From the NCBI GenBank assembly GCA_020852855.1, contig JADZAA010000049.1, positions 3,449 to 67,448 on the forward strand: a stretch of DNA of 64,000 nucleotides. Reading direction: 5' to 3'. Position 1 is the first letter of the stretch. Every line of letters starts with the position of its first letter. The notes under the pieces are model-generated. The model was given only the letters and a program-made list of their open reading frames with translations, was not told the origin of the DNA and ran no database searches. A program made the position numbers and the translations under genes. This DNA is from Bacteroidota bacterium (lineage in GTDB: Bacteria; Bacteroidota; Ignavibacteria; Kapaibacteriales; UBA961). Positions 53,741 to 63,700 of this stretch are shown here, one piece after another.

Positions 53741-54868
53741 TTATTGCCGTACTCGTGCAAGTTCCGGTATTTCAGCAGCAGTTTCGCGCAATGCACTGCA
53801 AAAACGCTCGTTTTGTTCATCTGTTCCTGTGTTTACTCTTATGCAATTAGGCAATGCAAATCCTCCGGCAAGCGGTCTCGTAATAAATCCTTTTCGCAAT
53901 AATGAGTGAAATACGCGCTCCGCAGTTTCGGAATTGCCGCAATCGAGCATAACAAAATTTCCGGCGGAAACGGGAGCGTATAAATTTGCTTCTTCAATGG
54001 TTCGGCGGAACAATTTCAAGCCGCGTGCGTTTAATTCCACGGTTTTTTGCAGAAACTCTTTGTCGCGCAATGCGGCCTTTGCAGCGGCTTGGCCGGCAGT
54101 ATTCGGCTCGAACGGCAGCTTTGCTTTCAGCATTGCGGCTATTACACCCGAATCGCCGATTCCGTAGCCCACTCGCAACCCGGCCAATCCGTAGCATTTC
54201 GAGAAAGTGCGAAGAATCAAAGTGTTAGGGCGGCGCAATGCCATGCCGTCGGGATAATCGTCTGCAATATACAAACTATATTCAAAATATGCCTCGTCGA
54301 GAATTACAAGCGTAGTTTCCGGTGTTCTATCCAGAATATACGTCAGTTCATCTGCCGTAAGATATGTGCCGGTCGGATTGTTAATATTGGCAATATAGAG
54401 AACTTTTGTCTTTGGCGTTACGGCATTTACCAATGCTTCCGCGTCGAAACGATAATCGCCGGTAAGCGATGTATAAATAATTTCCGCGCCTGACAGAGAA
54501 GCCGCCACTTGAAAACCTATGAATGTTCCGCGTGCCGATACAAGCGTGTCGCTTGGCGTAACAAATGTGCGGTGCGCAAGATGAATTAGTGCATCAGACC
54601 CGCTGTGACAAATTACATTTTCCACGTTTGTTCCGAATTGCTCGGCGAGTGATTCGCGCAGTGCAAGCCCGCCGTCGGGATAAAGCGAGTATGCCGAACC
54701 GCTTAATGAATTTACTGCTTGCAGCGCGAGCGGCGAAGCACCGAGCGGATTTTCGTTCGAAGCAAGTTTTACAACATCGGAAATACCGTATAATCGTGCT
54801 GTTTCCTCCGGTGTTTGCCCGGGTTTGTATGGTGTTAATGCGGTAATATTTGACGGTATGCTTATCAT
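53741..54868 (-). CDS. hisC: Histidinol-phosphate aminotransferase (class II PLP aminotransferase)
   Basis: LTPYKPG...KLASNENPLGASP N-terminal pattern. PLP-lysine region TFSKCYGLAGLRVGY. Confidence 0.75.
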   Translation of the reverse strand: MISIPSNITALTPYKPGQTPEETARLYGISDVVKLASNENPLGASPLALQAVNSLSGSAYSLYPDGGLALRESLAEQFGTNVENVICHSGSDALIHLAHRTFVTPSDTLVSARGTFIGFQVAASLSGAEIIYTSLTGDYRFDAEALVNAVTPKTKVLYIANINNPTGTYLTADELTYILDRTPETTLVILDEAYFEYSLYIADDYPDGMALRRPNTLILRTFSKCYGLAGLRVGYGIGDSGVIAAMLKAKLPFEPNTAGQAAAKAALRDKEFLQKTVELNARGLKLFRRTIEEANLYAPVSAGNFVMLDCGNSETAERVFHSLLRKGFITRPLAGGFALPNCIRVNTGTDEQNERFCSALRETAAEIPELARVRQ

Positions 54869-55008
54869 TTTTGTAGCTGAGTTTTGTTTAACTGCGCCAA
54901 ACGTACAAAATACTGAGGAATTCGAATTGTATTGTTCAAAAAAACAAGCCGTCTTCGGCTGTTTATGGCTGGCGGACGGCTTGTTTATATGCTTGACGGC
55001 AGCGGATT

Positions 55009-56154
55009 TCAGAGACTTAGCTCGTCGGCAATGGCAACAAGCCGAACGTCTGCCGCAATATCTTCGCCGTAATCGTTTTGCGTAATTCTGAATTCCACTT
55101 TATCGCCTACGTGCAATTGATTGAAATCGGTATCCGATAATTTGCTGAAATGGAAAAACAGATTATTTGGCGGATATTTAATAAATCCGTAACCGTTTTT
55201 CAAACTTAGTATGTAGCTTAATTTACAATCGCCGCCGGAAGGTGACTGTCCCTGCGGTTGAGCCGCGTCGGTAGCATAAAAGCGTTTGCGTAAAGCGCGG
55301 GGCATATCGGGAAATTGCGCCGGTAATCTTTGCAACGCGGATATGTTGGATTGCGAATCGTCGAAAGAGAACTGCGTCTGGCTTTCTTCGTCGTACATAG
55401 TTTCGTCTTCTTCTGCCGAACTATCTTCCGTGTAATCGTTTTCGTCTTCTTCTGCGTCGCCGCCGGGTTGATTGCGGAAAGACGAGTCGAAACGCGGGCC
55501 GCCTTGCACAAATATATTATTTATTAAGCCGATATATCGTCCTGCGGGGTTATCTACAACTTTGTGCATCATCACGGGGTAGCTTGCTTCGTTAAGCAGC
55601 TCGTGCGATGTTCGGGTGTAAATTGTGTTGCCTTCCTCATTGGTAAAATCAAATTCCCAGCAAAGAACCATCATGCGGCTGCCGAGAGAATTGATTTTGC
55701 GAATCAGCGGTGCATAGTCGCCGTCGGAAGCAATCAGCACCACAACGTCGAACTGTTTGATAACGCACAACTCATAAGCTTCGAGCGCAAGCCAAACATC
55801 AATGCCTTTCTCCATTTTTTTACCGCTCCACGAGCTTCGCAACGGTAAATAATGCGTAACTACGCCTTCACTCATCAGAATATCGTCGAACACTCTGTCG
55901 TAATAAATCTGATTTTCGCTTGCCTCGCCTGCGTAAAGTCTGCCTTTGAATAAATGACAATCAACTATTTGGCAACGTCGTACATCGCGCCCTTCTTCTT
56001 CGGCTACTATTTCGCGGATAAAATCATGCAGTCCGGAAATGCGGATACGGCTACGGCGCGGGTGATTAAAGTAATAGTAATTACTGACGTGCTGAAAGAA
56101 ACTGCCGTCGTAGAACACGCCTATCTTCACAACGGAAGTCGAAGTCTGTGGCAT
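55009..56154 (-). CDS. NYN/LabA-like nuclease domain fused to a C-terminal cold-shock domain through an acidic linker
   Basis: The N-terminal half IGVFYDGSFF...VVLIASDGDYAPL fits the NYN (DUF88) PIN-like fold. The C-terminus NGYGFIKYPPNNLFFHFSKL...HVGDKVEF fits a CSD/S1-like OB fold. An Asp/Glu-rich linker lies in the middle. Confidence 0.6.
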   Translation of the reverse strand: MPQTSTSVVKIGVFYDGSFFQHVSNYYYFNHPRRSRIRISGLHDFIREIVAEEEGRDVRRCQIVDCHLFKGRLYAGEASENQIYYDRVFDDILMSEGVVTHYLPLRSSWSGKKMEKGIDVWLALEAYELCVIKQFDVVVLIASDGDYAPLIRKINSLGSRMMVLCWEFDFTNEEGNTIYTRTSHELLNEASYPVMMHKVVDNPAGRYIGLINNIFVQGGPRFDSSFRNQPGGDAEEDENDYTEDSSAEEDETMYDEESQTQFSFDDSQSNISALQRLPAQFPDMPRALRKRFYATDAAQPQGQSPSGGDCKLSYILSLKNGYGFIKYPPNNLFFHFSKLSDTDFNQLHVGDKVEFRITQNDYGEDIAADVRLVAIADELSL

Positions 56155-56299
56155 TATTCATTCTCCAATAATAATTCAAAAAAGTGAAAACAAAAACAAA
56201 TCAATCAAGAGATTATTTGTTAAAACACATACAAATTTACGGAAAAGTTACGGAAAATACAGATGCAAATATAATTTTTCATAAATGTAATAATATGCA

Positions 56300-56346
56300 A
56301 TAAGTTGGCCGAGCCATAAATTTCTGCCGGAACGGCATGGGGCCAA
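56300..56346 (-). terminator. Putative structured terminator downstream of the GT39-like gene
   Basis: Minus-strand hairpin TTGGCCCCAT-GCCG-TTC-CGGC-...-ATGGCTCGGCCAA followed by a U-rich stretch. Confidence 0.35.
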
Positions 56347-56367
56347 GCCGTTGATTATTCTTTTATT

Positions 56368-58041
56368 TCAGGGTAGGCGTTCAAAAAATATAAATCCTGC
56401 TTTTGCTCCTATTTCACGGATATTTCGTTCGTTGCGACATTTATCCGCATCTTGTTGCCTGCAAACGAAATACGCGGGTTTGTCTATTGCGCCGCGAAAC
56501 AGCCGATTCTCAAAATCATCGGGGGCAATTCCGAGAGCGGCCGGCGAGAAAACCCGAGGCTTGCGCGAGTAAAATAAATGTGCATAACTTTTGAAGCCAA
56601 CAGGCTTTACGTAACATTCACGGCCGCGCAGCGACTCGTAGAATTCTATCGGTGCGGCTTGTGTGTATCCTTCGATTTTAGGTGCTATAAGAGGCAAAAA
56701 AAGCGATATGGCCACGGCCGTAGAAGCAAAAACAATCGGAAATTTAAGGCGGGCAGGCAGAAATAACGCACAAATCATCGCAACTGCGTATATCAAACCT
56801 ACAATCGGTTCCCAACCGTTCCATTGTACGGGTGCGGTCAGATTTGCCCGTGCGAAATCATCGGCTATATATGGCATTACAAATTCCTTATTCATTCCGA
56901 TAACGGGCACGGCCGCAAGAGCAACTGCCCAAAATGCTGCAAATAGCCCGACAATCGCAGTATGCCGTTTTTTCCATTGCGCTTGATTGCCTATTACTTT
57001 ATCTGCCCAATCGGCCGCCAAGAAAGTAAGTGGGAAATAACAAAGCGAAGAATAATGTACAATCTTGGTTTTAACTATTGAAAAAACGATAAGAACAACA
57101 AGGAACAGCGCTATATTCCACAATCGGGCAATGCGAAAATTTATATCCGTCGGTACGAAAAGCGACCATAATGCGAATAACGATGCCGGAAAACAACCTA
57201 ACAGCAATACTATGGTATGATAATAAAACGGCCCGCCATGTCCGGCATCTCCGGTTGTTAATAGCCTTATCTGATAGTTAATGAACTCCGAAACGAACCA
57301 TGTGCCGTTGCGGATAATATCAAATCCGAACCAAAGAGAGGCCGCCGCGAGAGAGAAAACGGAAAATATGCCGAGAATAGAAGCTGACGAAGTAAAACTG
57401 CCGAAAATCATCGTGTCGTTTTTCCCGGGTTTATGCTTGCTTTTTCGTTTAATCGACAGATAACTCCATACGGCTACAGCCGCTATTGTCAGCATTGAAA
57501 GCAATAATGCAACGGGGCCTTTGGTCAGCATTGCAAGCCCGATAAGAGTTCCGGCAAATGCCGTTCGGCGCGGCTTAATAGGCACGGTTGCGGTTGCAAG
57601 CGTCATAATACCGGCATAAATCAGCAGGTTGAAAAGGGGGTCAATAATTGCCGAGCGAAAGTAGAAATGCGGAAGAAAAGAACCGGCATAAGCAGCTGCC
57701 CACAGCAGTCCGAAACGCCGCGAGCGCAATCGCACACCCCAGAAATACAATAACGGCAATGTTATCATACCGATAACGGCATTGGGCAACCGTGCTGCGA
57801 ACTCGTTTATTCCGAATACCGACATTGACGCGGCTTGCAACCAAATAAATAAAGGCGGTTTTTCCCAAAACGGAGAGTAATCTATTTGAACGCGTAAATA
57901 ATCGCCCGTCGCCAGCATTTCGCGGGCACATTCGGCAAAGTTTATTTCGTCCCAATCAAACAGCCGCGCCGCACCTAAAAACGGAATAAACAGCAACCCT
58001 GCGGCAACGACAATCAGAATTATATCTGTTCTGAGCTTCAT
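56368..58041 (-). CDS. ArnT/PMT-like (GT39/GT83) undecaprenyl-phosphate-dependent glycosyltransferase
   Basis: More than 10 TM segments. N-terminal DWDE(I) loop motif (RLFDWDEINFAECAREM) and FWEKPPLFIW are typical of the ArnT/PMT family. Confidence 0.75.
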   Translation of the reverse strand: MKLRTDIILIVVAAGLLFIPFLGAARLFDWDEINFAECAREMLATGDYLRVQIDYSPFWEKPPLFIWLQAASMSVFGINEFAARLPNAVIGMITLPLLYFWGVRLRSRRFGLLWAAAYAGSFLPHFYFRSAIIDPLFNLLIYAGIMTLATATVPIKPRRTAFAGTLIGLAMLTKGPVALLLSMLTIAAVAVWSYLSIKRKSKHKPGKNDTMIFGSFTSSASILGIFSVFSLAAASLWFGFDIIRNGTWFVSEFINYQIRLLTTGDAGHGGPFYYHTIVLLLGCFPASLFALWSLFVPTDINFRIARLWNIALFLVVLIVFSIVKTKIVHYSSLCYFPLTFLAADWADKVIGNQAQWKKRHTAIVGLFAAFWAVALAAVPVIGMNKEFVMPYIADDFARANLTAPVQWNGWEPIVGLIYAVAMICALFLPARLKFPIVFASTAVAISLFLPLIAPKIEGYTQAAPIEFYESLRGRECYVKPVGFKSYAHLFYSRKPRVFSPAALGIAPDDFENRLFRGAIDKPAYFVCRQQDADKCRNERNIREIGAKAGFIFFERLP

Positions 58042-58066
58042 CGGTAATTATTTTTAGACTGAAAGG

Positions 58067-59425
58067 TTATTTTGCTATTGTTTTTGCGGCAATTCCGAGT
58101 AAGCGTTCGGTTTCGTCGGGCGACGGCGATTCGGCAATAGCCCTGATAATCGGCTCGGTATTCGATGCTCGCGCATGAAGCCATGACGTGCCGAAATTAA
58201 AGTATACGCCGTCGTCGCGATTCAATTCGGCGGACGAAAATTCGGCCTCGAGTCGGGCAAATACGTCGGAGGCATTGCCCTCAAAAGGAAATTTGGTCTT
58301 TCGCATGGCAAATTGCGGCATAGAAGCCGATAATTCCGAAAGAGTTCCGCCCGACCTTGCAAGCAGGCGGATTATTAAAGCCGTTCCTACCAACGAATCG
58401 CGTCCGTAATGACAATATGGCAGTATTACGCCGCCGCTGCCTTCACCGCCGACAACGGCGCAATTTTTACGCATGGCTTGTACTACGTTGATTTCGCCGA
58501 CCGGCACACGCTCAACTTTTCCGCCATAACGCAGCACAGCCGCGTCGACAGCGCGAGTCGTGGAATAATTAACTACGCAAATCGGTGCAAATCCTTGGGG
58601 TAATTCGCCCGAAAAGACAGACGCGGCCGCCAATGTTATGGTCATTTCTTCGTTCGTCGGTATGCCGTGCTCGTCTATTAAAACCAAGCGGTCGGCATCG
58701 GGGTCAACGGCAATTCCGAAATCTGCGTTATTTTCGCGGACGGCCGCGCCGAGCGCACCCAAATGTGCGGGTACAGGTTCGGGCATATGAGGGAAAATAC
58801 CGCTGCCGTCGCAGTACAGCGGAATTGGCGTACAGCCGAGTGCCCGCAATAATTCGGGAATAGCCCGTGAGCCGGCGGCATTTACGGCATCAACTGCTAT
58901 TCTATAGCGTTTGTTACGAATTTGCTCGCGTTCAGCGGAAGATAATACGGCGGTTACGGCTTCAATATGACGCTCAACGACATTATTGACCAAGTGCGTC
59001 GTATCGTTGCGCAGTATTGTCGGAAATGTAATCGGTTTGTCAAGATACGTCCAAAATTCACGGTTCTCGTCGGTATCTAAGAATACGCCGTCGCCGCCTA
59101 AAAATTTCATGCCGTTCCATTCGGACGGATTATGCGACGCGGTAAGCACTATACCGCCCGCAACAACGCTCTCACGCTCTACGTAAATCTGCGCAGTCGG
59201 GGTGGGCACTACGCCCAAGATATGCGTTTCGCGTCCGAGTGAGGCAAAAGTTCCGGCTGCGATATATTCCATCCATAAGCCCGACGGCCGACCGTCTCGC
59301 GCTATGGCTATGGATCCGGTAGGAAGAAATTGTGCAAAAGCGGCGCAGTATCGCGCAACTGTAAAAGGGGTTAAATCGTCGCCTTGTGTGGCGCGAATAC
59401 CGGAAATCGAGCGAATAAACGACAT
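58067..59425 (-). CDS. Alpha-D-phosphohexomutase (phosphoglucosamine/phosphomannomutase family)
   Basis: Active-site serine loop TASHNPSEWNG. Metal-binding loop DPDADR. 452 aa. Confidence 0.8.
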   Translation of the reverse strand: MSFIRSISGIRATQGDDLTPFTVARYCAAFAQFLPTGSIAIARDGRPSGLWMEYIAAGTFASLGRETHILGVVPTPTAQIYVERESVVAGGIVLTASHNPSEWNGMKFLGGDGVFLDTDENREFWTYLDKPITFPTILRNDTTHLVNNVVERHIEAVTAVLSSAEREQIRNKRYRIAVDAVNAAGSRAIPELLRALGCTPIPLYCDGSGIFPHMPEPVPAHLGALGAAVRENNADFGIAVDPDADRLVLIDEHGIPTNEEMTITLAAASVFSGELPQGFAPICVVNYSTTRAVDAAVLRYGGKVERVPVGEINVVQAMRKNCAVVGGEGSGGVILPYCHYGRDSLVGTALIIRLLARSGGTLSELSASMPQFAMRKTKFPFEGNASDVFARLEAEFSSAELNRDDGVYFNFGTSWLHARASNTEPIIRAIAESPSPDETERLLGIAAKTIAK

Positions 59426-59473
59426 TTTTTATTGTTTCTCTTTTTTATCCAAAAATGCGGCGAAAGGTCGGGC

Positions 59474-59756
59474 TATGGCAACAATTCACAAAAAATTTAC
59501 GACCGATAAAAATGCGGTTGAAATAAAAAAATACATTGACGAAACATTTCTTGACCGCAAAGAGGTCAAGGCATTGATTGATACTGCGGTTTGGGTTGGC
59601 TTTACGCTTCACGTAACCTCCAAATTCGGCAAGGGAACATTGGAAGCACGCGATAATCTTGCCGAAGTCAATATAGAACTTTCGCTTTTCGGTAGTGCAG
59701 CCAAAAAAGCAATTGAAACTACGATAGAGAAAAACTTCAAAGAATTAGGGCCGTAA
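59474..59756 (+). CDS. Small polyhydroxyalkanoic-acid-system family-like protein (PHA_gran_rgn-like, 94 aa)
   Basis: MATIHKKF... and the ...KGTLEARDNLAEVNIELSLFGSAAKKAIETTIEKNF pattern resemble the TIGR02610 family. The ORF-track start at 59202 is rejected because it overlaps the convergent mutase gene. Confidence 0.45.
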
Positions 59757-59782
59757 TTCTTGTTTTTGCTTCTTGTTTAAAA

Positions 59783-61618
59783 TCAACGCTTACGCCTGAT
59801 TCTTGGCAATCCCGCGCCAATTACAGACGCTTTTTCGCGTGCATCGTTTGCGGCTGATATATTGCCGCCGCGTTCGTTAAAATCAGCCAAAGCCAAAAGA
59901 TTGCTCATGGCTAAATCCCGAATTTTCGTTTCCAAATATCCGTCGGAGCCGGGCAGAGAAGATGCAAATCTTGCAATGTTTATACCGTAGGCTGTAGGCA
60001 GCGGATTGGGCAATGAATCGCCGGGTTTTACAAGCCGCCAGGCAAAACCTTGCGGAATTTTCAAATAATTGACGGCAACCGCCGGCTCGCCGCTGATTAC
60101 ATCAGCCGTAACATAAATAGGATGCCGAGAGTAATTGCTGTCTATATAAGCGTTCAGAAGTTGTTCGTAACGCTCTTGTATTATTGTGGGCGAATAGGAT
60201 TCGTCCGCCTCGAATTTACGCAATTCTTCAAGAAAAACCTGCTTTTGGGGTGAGCATTCTGCAAGCGTATAAGGATACCAAGATTCTACTTTATCGGGGT
60301 ACCATGTCCGACGCAGAAGTTCCGTTTCAACCAAAGTAATATCTTTGCGATAGCCTTCAGCTTGTTGTTTATACCAAAATGCCGAACACCAGAAATCCCA
60401 AAGGTGCGACAGTATAACGGCATTAGGCTCAAGATTTTCTGTAAGAATTCGAGTATATTCTGGAACCAAATAATTAGAGTGTTGATTAACTGCTTTGAAA
60501 TTAAGTGTCATCGCAAGTGCAGCCGGAATAAATAAAGCCGGAAGAATAAATCGAATTTGACGCAGAGAAAGAGAGTGCATTCCGGCGGCTGTAAAAAGCA
60601 TTAAGGCTATGATTGCCAGCGAAAAGTAAGCGTCAATATCGTGTATTTCATAAGATAGGGAATAGGCCAAGCAACTTAAAACGAGCAATAGCAAACCCCA
60701 AAACAATCTTCGCGATGAACGCCATACAGCGGTAATTCCGAAAAATAATGCGATTATTCCTGCCCAGCCGAATTCACGCGGAAAAAGCGACAAAAAATGA
60801 TTGAAATTGCCTGAAATTGCCTTGGCTTGAAACATCCAAACTTGAAATTGCTTGCCGGAAGCATGATACCAAAACTTATCGAAGCCGCGTTGAACGCCGC
60901 CCCAGTTGAAAATCGGGTCAGCCGCGGCGCGAATCGGCAAGTATAACCATACAGACAAACCGAGAAGGAAAGGAAGTATCAGAAATGAAATTGTGCGAAA
61001 ATGCGATTTGTAATTGTTTTTTTTGCTGTTCGGGCGTATGAAAAATAAATAAATACTTGCCGGTGCCAGCAGAATGGTACTTCCGTGATTGGTAAATCCT
61101 AAACCCAATAAAAATGCCCAAACAATCAGTGCCGAACGTGATTCTTCGCCTCCGCCGATTGCTTTAAGAAATACAAGTAAGATTACGGTAAATAACAGCA
61201 GTTGCAAGGAATAAACTTCAATCGAGCAGGATTGTTCCCATATTGTAATTGAGAATCCGTATAATAAAGCAGATGCAAGAACTGCAAATACCGAAGGATG
61301 CGCGGCAGGATTAAGCAATCGCAGGAAATTTCTGGCGAGCGCAACGAATACTCCCGCTGAAGCCGCTGCGCAAACCGCCGAAAAAAGGTTCAGTCGAAAA
61401 ATTACCGAACCCGGAATCGGCAGAAGCGTCCAAATATGACTTAACAGAGTAAAAAGAGGATAGCCCGTAGGATGTGCAATGCCGAGCGTTGCGGCTACGC
61501 CCGCAAGTTCGCCGGCATCGGTAAAAGTTACGTCCGGAGCAAGCGTAATACAATAAACCGCAAGCGTTGCGATAAATGCAATAATCGGTGCGACGATTGG
61601 TTTGTCGAGAAATTTCAC
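59783..61618 (-). CDS. DUF2723-family polytopic membrane protein (GT-C-like putative glycosyltransferase)
   Basis: The N-terminus YCITLAPDVTFTDAGELAGVAATLGIAHPTGYPLFTLL is the hallmark DUF2723 start. Many TM segments and a large C-terminal soluble domain. Confidence 0.7.
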   Translation of the reverse strand: MKFLDKPIVAPIIAFIATLAVYCITLAPDVTFTDAGELAGVAATLGIAHPTGYPLFTLLSHIWTLLPIPGSVIFRLNLFSAVCAAASAGVFVALARNFLRLLNPAAHPSVFAVLASALLYGFSITIWEQSCSIEVYSLQLLLFTVILLVFLKAIGGGEESRSALIVWAFLLGLGFTNHGSTILLAPASIYLFFIRPNSKKNNYKSHFRTISFLILPFLLGLSVWLYLPIRAAADPIFNWGGVQRGFDKFWYHASGKQFQVWMFQAKAISGNFNHFLSLFPREFGWAGIIALFFGITAVWRSSRRLFWGLLLLVLSCLAYSLSYEIHDIDAYFSLAIIALMLFTAAGMHSLSLRQIRFILPALFIPAALAMTLNFKAVNQHSNYLVPEYTRILTENLEPNAVILSHLWDFWCSAFWYKQQAEGYRKDITLVETELLRRTWYPDKVESWYPYTLAECSPQKQVFLEELRKFEADESYSPTIIQERYEQLLNAYIDSNYSRHPIYVTADVISGEPAVAVNYLKIPQGFAWRLVKPGDSLPNPLPTAYGINIARFASSLPGSDGYLETKIRDLAMSNLLALADFNERGGNISAANDAREKASVIGAGLPRIRRKR

Positions 61619-61672
61619 GAGATTCTTACAGTTTTCTTCTGAAATTCTGTTTTGTGCATCGGGTAACGGATT

Positions 61673-63700
61673 CTATTTCTGCGGCGTGATTGCCTCGATA
61701 GTTACATTACGATTATAAAAGCGTCCTTCGGGCAGCGAATTATCGAATTCTCCGCCGCTTGCGCCAGTACCTTCTACGGTAGCGCGATTATTACCCAAAA
61801 TTCGTGCTACGGCTTGCGCCCGTGCCAGAGAAAGTCGCTTGTTGTAGTCGGCATCGCCCGCAGCATCGGTTGCGCCGATAATATTTACAAATGATTCCGG
61901 TGTAATACGCCTCGAAATATCCGTGATTATACGACGATTTGTCGCTCCCGGCTCCGATTGGTCGAAATCGAACAACATCAAGCGGAAACGCTCTATTTCT
62001 TTGTCGGCAGCGCGTATAGAACGCTTTTGTTCCAGCGTAACGTATTCAACCGGCATAAAACTTTCTGAAAAAGCAATTTGCTTACCGTCCGCGCCGTAAG
62101 CGGTGAATGAGCAACGCAACGGCTCGTCGCCATCTACATTACGCAGTTCGGTTAATCGCGACGAAATGTTTAATTCATAAGGCGGTGCGCCTTTGGCTTG
62201 CCAAACTGCTAGTTGTTGTCCGTCCTGAGTAATTATAAAATCCCAATTGTTGATTTGTCCGGCATTACTGACCGTCGGGCGGATTCTTATGCTTTTCGGA
62301 AGTCCGCGCACTGTGTCGCGCTCATATACCGGCGCAAGTATTCTTTCGTCGTCGGCGGTAATTTCCACGCGCCGATTTTCTGCCGAGCCTTCGGCACGGT
62401 CGGGGTTGGACGAGCGTTCGGGCAAGCCGCGCGCTTCGATTTTAATCCGTTCGGGGCCGATATTCCATTTTTCCGTCAGGTAATTTTTTACAGCAGTGGC
62501 ACGATTGCGCGACAAGCGAATATCGCCACGCTCGCGGCCAACGCCCGAATTGCAACCCGTAATCGTAATTCGTGTTGCAGTTTGCCATTGCAAGCGTTCT
62601 CCGATTATGTTCAGCACATTGTAATAAGCCGAAAGTTCGTTGTGTCTCTCGCCGGAAACCGATTGGCCGGAAGTGCTGTAGCGTTGCGGGATTGCGTCGC
62701 TTGTTTCGTCAAAGAACAAATAATTGAGCAACGGATACATTTGGGTAGAAACAAATTCTTCCACGCGAAAAACATTGTCGGCAGAATTTTCTTCGGAGAT
62801 AGCGGCAATGTCAAATGATGCGTTTATGCGCGTAATCGTAGTTATTGGTGCCCGAGACTTCGGCGGTTCGGGGGCCGGCGGCTCTGTTGCGTGGGGCAGT
62901 TCGATTGCAACAGGGCGTTTCGCTTCCGGCTCTAAACGCACGGAAAGCCCGGCGGTTACAAGATTTGCAGACCATGAATAATTTTCGACAATTGGCGTAA
63001 GTCCGTAATTCAAGCGGATTTCCGGCACAAGAAATACAGTTCGCCGCATATTCAGCGGAATGCTGTAATTCAGCCCGGCCGATAAGTCGAAAAACAGCGA
63101 CGCTGCCTTTTGCAAAGTGCCGGAAAACTGATTGCGTACATTTCGTCCGTCGCTGAAATTTCCCGGCGAAACCGTTTCTCTTTGTTCGTAAGCGGGTGCT
63201 GCGGTGGTTCCTACTCTAAATCCGGCTACAGCTCCTAAGCCGCCTAATCGAAAGCCGATATAAGGCTCTATTCCTATGCGGCTCATCGAAGCCTCGAGAG
63301 AGTGAATGAAAGTAACTTCACCAGCTTTATCACCGATTATTACGGGTACTTGTTCGGCAACCGTAAAACTTGCCGAATGTCGTGAAAAACCTACACGCGC
63401 ACCTAATCGCAAACTTTGTTCGAGCGGTAGTTCGCCGAACAGCCAAAGTTCGAAGCCGCCGCCGCTTCCGTTTGTGAAATTGGGGCAACAATTCGGAACT
63501 CCCGGCAATGCGCGGAAATCCGCATCGTGAAAAGCCGATACATAACCAATGCCGCCACCGAGTGACAAACGCTTGCTTGCGGTCGAATCCTTTATTTCGT
63601 TTGAATCCGCGTAAGCATTTTGTACATTGAAAAATATTGCACAAATAAAAGCAAGCAGTGCGACACGGCGCAAATTCGTAATAAGATTCGGATTTTTCAT
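61673..63700 (-). CDS. OmpA-family outer-membrane protein (N-terminal beta-barrel, C-terminal OmpA domain)
   Basis: Signal peptide. The C-terminal peptidoglycan-binding motif GATDAAGDADYNKRLSLARAQAV occurs twice (both NTDxxG.xxYNxxLSxxRA blocks). Confidence 0.75.
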   Translation of the reverse strand: MKNPNLITNLRRVALLAFICAIFFNVQNAYADSNEIKDSTASKRLSLGGGIGYVSAFHDADFRALPGVPNCCPNFTNGSGGGFELWLFGELPLEQSLRLGARVGFSRHSASFTVAEQVPVIIGDKAGEVTFIHSLEASMSRIGIEPYIGFRLGGLGAVAGFRVGTTAAPAYEQRETVSPGNFSDGRNVRNQFSGTLQKAASLFFDLSAGLNYSIPLNMRRTVFLVPEIRLNYGLTPIVENYSWSANLVTAGLSVRLEPEAKRPVAIELPHATEPPAPEPPKSRAPITTITRINASFDIAAISEENSADNVFRVEEFVSTQMYPLLNYLFFDETSDAIPQRYSTSGQSVSGERHNELSAYYNVLNIIGERLQWQTATRITITGCNSGVGRERGDIRLSRNRATAVKNYLTEKWNIGPERIKIEARGLPERSSNPDRAEGSAENRRVEITADDERILAPVYERDTVRGLPKSIRIRPTVSNAGQINNWDFIITQDGQQLAVWQAKGAPPYELNISSRLTELRNVDGDEPLRCSFTAYGADGKQIAFSESFMPVEYVTLEQKRSIRAADKEIERFRLMLFDFDQSEPGATNRRIITDISRRITPESFVNIIGATDAAGDADYNKRLSLARAQAVARILGNNRATVEGTGASGGEFDNSLPEGRFYNRNVTIEAITPQK

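Noticed and set aside
59202-59473. Upstream extension of the PHA-system-like ORF (ORF-track start 59202)
   Set aside because: The extension overlaps the 3' end of the convergent phosphohexomutase gene on the other strand, and its translation (MGTTPKICVSRPSEAK...) is low-complexity. The internal Met at 59474, preceded by an aaagg SD-like site, fits better.
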